From Felis catus (lineage: Eukaryota): a stretch of DNA of 64,000 nucleotides. Position numbers and translations under genes: made by a program. The stretch spans positions 5,952,001-6,016,000 of the forward strand of contig NC_058368.1 of the NCBI RefSeq assembly GCF_018350175.1, written 5' to 3'. The notes under the pieces were generated by a model that ran no database searches, was not told where the DNA came from, and saw nothing but the letters and a program-made list of their open reading frames with translations. Below are positions 61,670-64,000 of the stretch, in pieces (the stretch's first letter is position 1; every line of letters starts with the position of its first letter).

Positions 61670-63750
61670 TACATTCCTGTGATAAACCCCATTTGATCAT
61701 TACATATTACCATCTTTTATACTGTTAGGTTTTAAGATTTTATATTAAAATTAACAGCATAATGGACTTGTCAGTTTCCTTTCTCATTCTGTATTTGGTA
61801 ATTTTTTTGTGTCAAGTTTATGCCAGTTTCAGAAAATTAGAGCATATTCTTGGTATTTCTTTGAGGAGTTTATTAGAAAATTGGTATTTTCTCTACACTG
61901 AATGTTTGATAGAATTTGACAGTTACAGTGTCTGGTCTTGATAGTCTCTTTGTGGGAAGTTTATGTGTTTTTTTGGTTTTTTTGTTTTGGTTTTTTACTA
62001 CTTATATAATATCCTTAATGATTATAGGACCATTCAGGCTCTATATCTCTTCTAGAATAAGTTTTGGTATATTGTATTTTCCTATGGGTTTATGCATTTC
62101 ACTTAAATGCTAAAACAAGATCACAAAACTTTCATAAGATCCTCTCTTTAATCTCTGGTGCATTTATAATTATATCAAATTTTCAATTTTTAAACAAATA
62201 CACATGTTTGTGCCTTTCCTTTTCTTCCTTGATTAATCTTACCAAACTTTCATTTATTAGTCTCTTTCTAAGAAGCAAGCTTTGCCCATTTTGATCTTCT
62301 CCACTGTTTTTCTTTCATTAATTTCTACTCTTTTTTTTTTTTAATTTGAGAGAGGTGGGGAGGGACAGAGGGGGAGAGAGAAAGATACTCTTAAGCAGGC
62401 TCTATGTTCACTGCGGAGCCCAATGCAGGGCTCGATCCCATGATCCTGGGATCATGACCTGAGTCAAAATCAAGAGTTGGACACTCAATCAACTGAGCCA
62501 CCCAGGCACCCCATTAATTTCTACTCTTATCTCTATTATTTCCTTATGTTTGATTTCTTTGAGTTTATTCTTTTGTACTGTAGCTATTTTCTTAGACTGG
62601 ATTCTTAGCTCTTTTTTTTTTTGCATTTATTTCTTTTGTAATGAAAATGTCTATAAATTTAGTTATAACACAGGAGATTTGATGCTTTCTCATAAGTACT
62701 AAAATCTAAGTATTTTCCAATTTCCGTTATGATTGCCTCCTTGACCCATGATTTACAGGTACGTTTTATTTCTAACACATAAGGTTCCTAGTTATCTTAT
62801 TATTGAATTCTGACTTAATAGCATTGTGGTCAGAGCAGGTGGCCTGTGGGATACCAGCCTCTTAAAATCTGTTGATTCTGTCTTATGACAGAATATATTG
62901 ACATATATTCCTAACTGTGCTTGAAGATTATGTATACATCACTTTTTGGTATACTACACCAAAAAGTTCTGTTCTATACATGCCATTATTTCAAGGTTGT
63001 TATTGTGCTTTTCAAGTATTCTACCTCCATATGGACTTTCTTCTCCATTTGATCAGTTCCTGAAAGCAAACATTAAAACATCACAGTATGATGTGGGGTT
63101 TGTAAGTTTCTTGTAGATGTATAAGTTTCCTCTTTTCTCCATGAATTAAAACTTTTATTGTGCAATGGCTCTTTTCTTTTTCTTCAATGAGACTTTACCT
63201 CAACGCTTTTTGCCTCAAAACCTATTTCATCTAATAGTGATACCGTCTCTTCTGGACTTCTTTTACTATTTTCTGTGTTTATTTTTTCATCCTTTGATTT
63301 TAATCTTTGTGAGCACTTGTGTTTTGTGAATTTCTTATAAACATATAGCTGGATAATTTTATAACCTTCTCTTTTTAACTTCTTAAATCCATTTGCTTTA
63401 ATTATAATTGATGATATATTTTTCTTTATTCTACTACCTGACTATGTGCATTCTGTTTCTCCCTCTTTTTGCCTCTTTTTTCTATTCTTTTAGTTACCTT
63501 TGAGGGCTTTTTCCTTCTGCTCAAATAATCTTTCCCCTTGATATGGCTGGAAGTTGTATCCTCTATGTCTAATCTTTTAGATATTAAAGTAAATTTTTAC
63601 ACAAATAATCCAGAATTTAAGGTTTCTAGCCAATTGGTATTTTCATCCTCATTCTGAACAATACAAACACAATTCCGATTATCACACTCTCAATGACTCT
63701 GATGTTTCCTATTATTTACTTCTAGCTTCAGATCCAGGAAACCCAGTGAA
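61670..63750 (-). mobile_element. Very old L1 relic (L1ME-like) with a SINEC at 62331-62512(-)
   Basis: T-rich antisense L1; SINE TSD cattaatttctactctt. Confidence 0.65.
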
Positions 63751-64000
63751 TCCAAGGGATGGACTTCCAACAATTCTGAAAACCTGTCAGCCATTATCTT
63801 TTGGACCGTTGCCTTTTCTTTTCTGTTTTATCTCCTTCTAATTAATCAGAGGTTTTTTTCTTTATTTTCCATGATGACATTAAATTCTCTTCTTAAAATC
63901 TCTTCACCCCACAGGCCAGGTGAATTCAGAGATCATATCTGCCTGAGTCAGCTTGAGTTCTCACAGGGAACGTCTCCCCTCCCCTCTGTGCCAAAGTCAA

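Overview
Mammalian genomic DNA from a felid (cat family), judged by the Can-SINE (SINEC_Fc-type) and carnivore L1 sequences. The whole window lies inside one minus-strand, multi-exon gene for a P4-type ATPase (phospholipid flippase alpha subunit) of the ATP8A class. I traced 17 consecutive GT-AG exons from 58174 down to 7649 (1624 nt = 1 nt + 541 codons). They form an open, phase-consistent reading frame with intact DGET, PISL, DKTGT, CKGA and TGD motifs. Exon sizes match, from recall, exons ~8-24 of ATP8A2, but the protein looks only about two-thirds identical to ATP8A2 by eye. It therefore appears to be a separate, divergent ATP8A2-like paralog ('phospholipid-transporting ATPase IB-like'), with an Asn->His change at a lipid-headgroup position of TM4. 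The 5' and 3' ends of the gene lie outside the window. The rest is intron dense in SINEC, L1, L2, MIR, ERVL/MaLR LTRs, DNA-transposon relics and microsatellites. Almost all ORFs in the supplied track are repeat-derived and spurious. Repeat boundaries are approximate and family names are by recognition, not computed.
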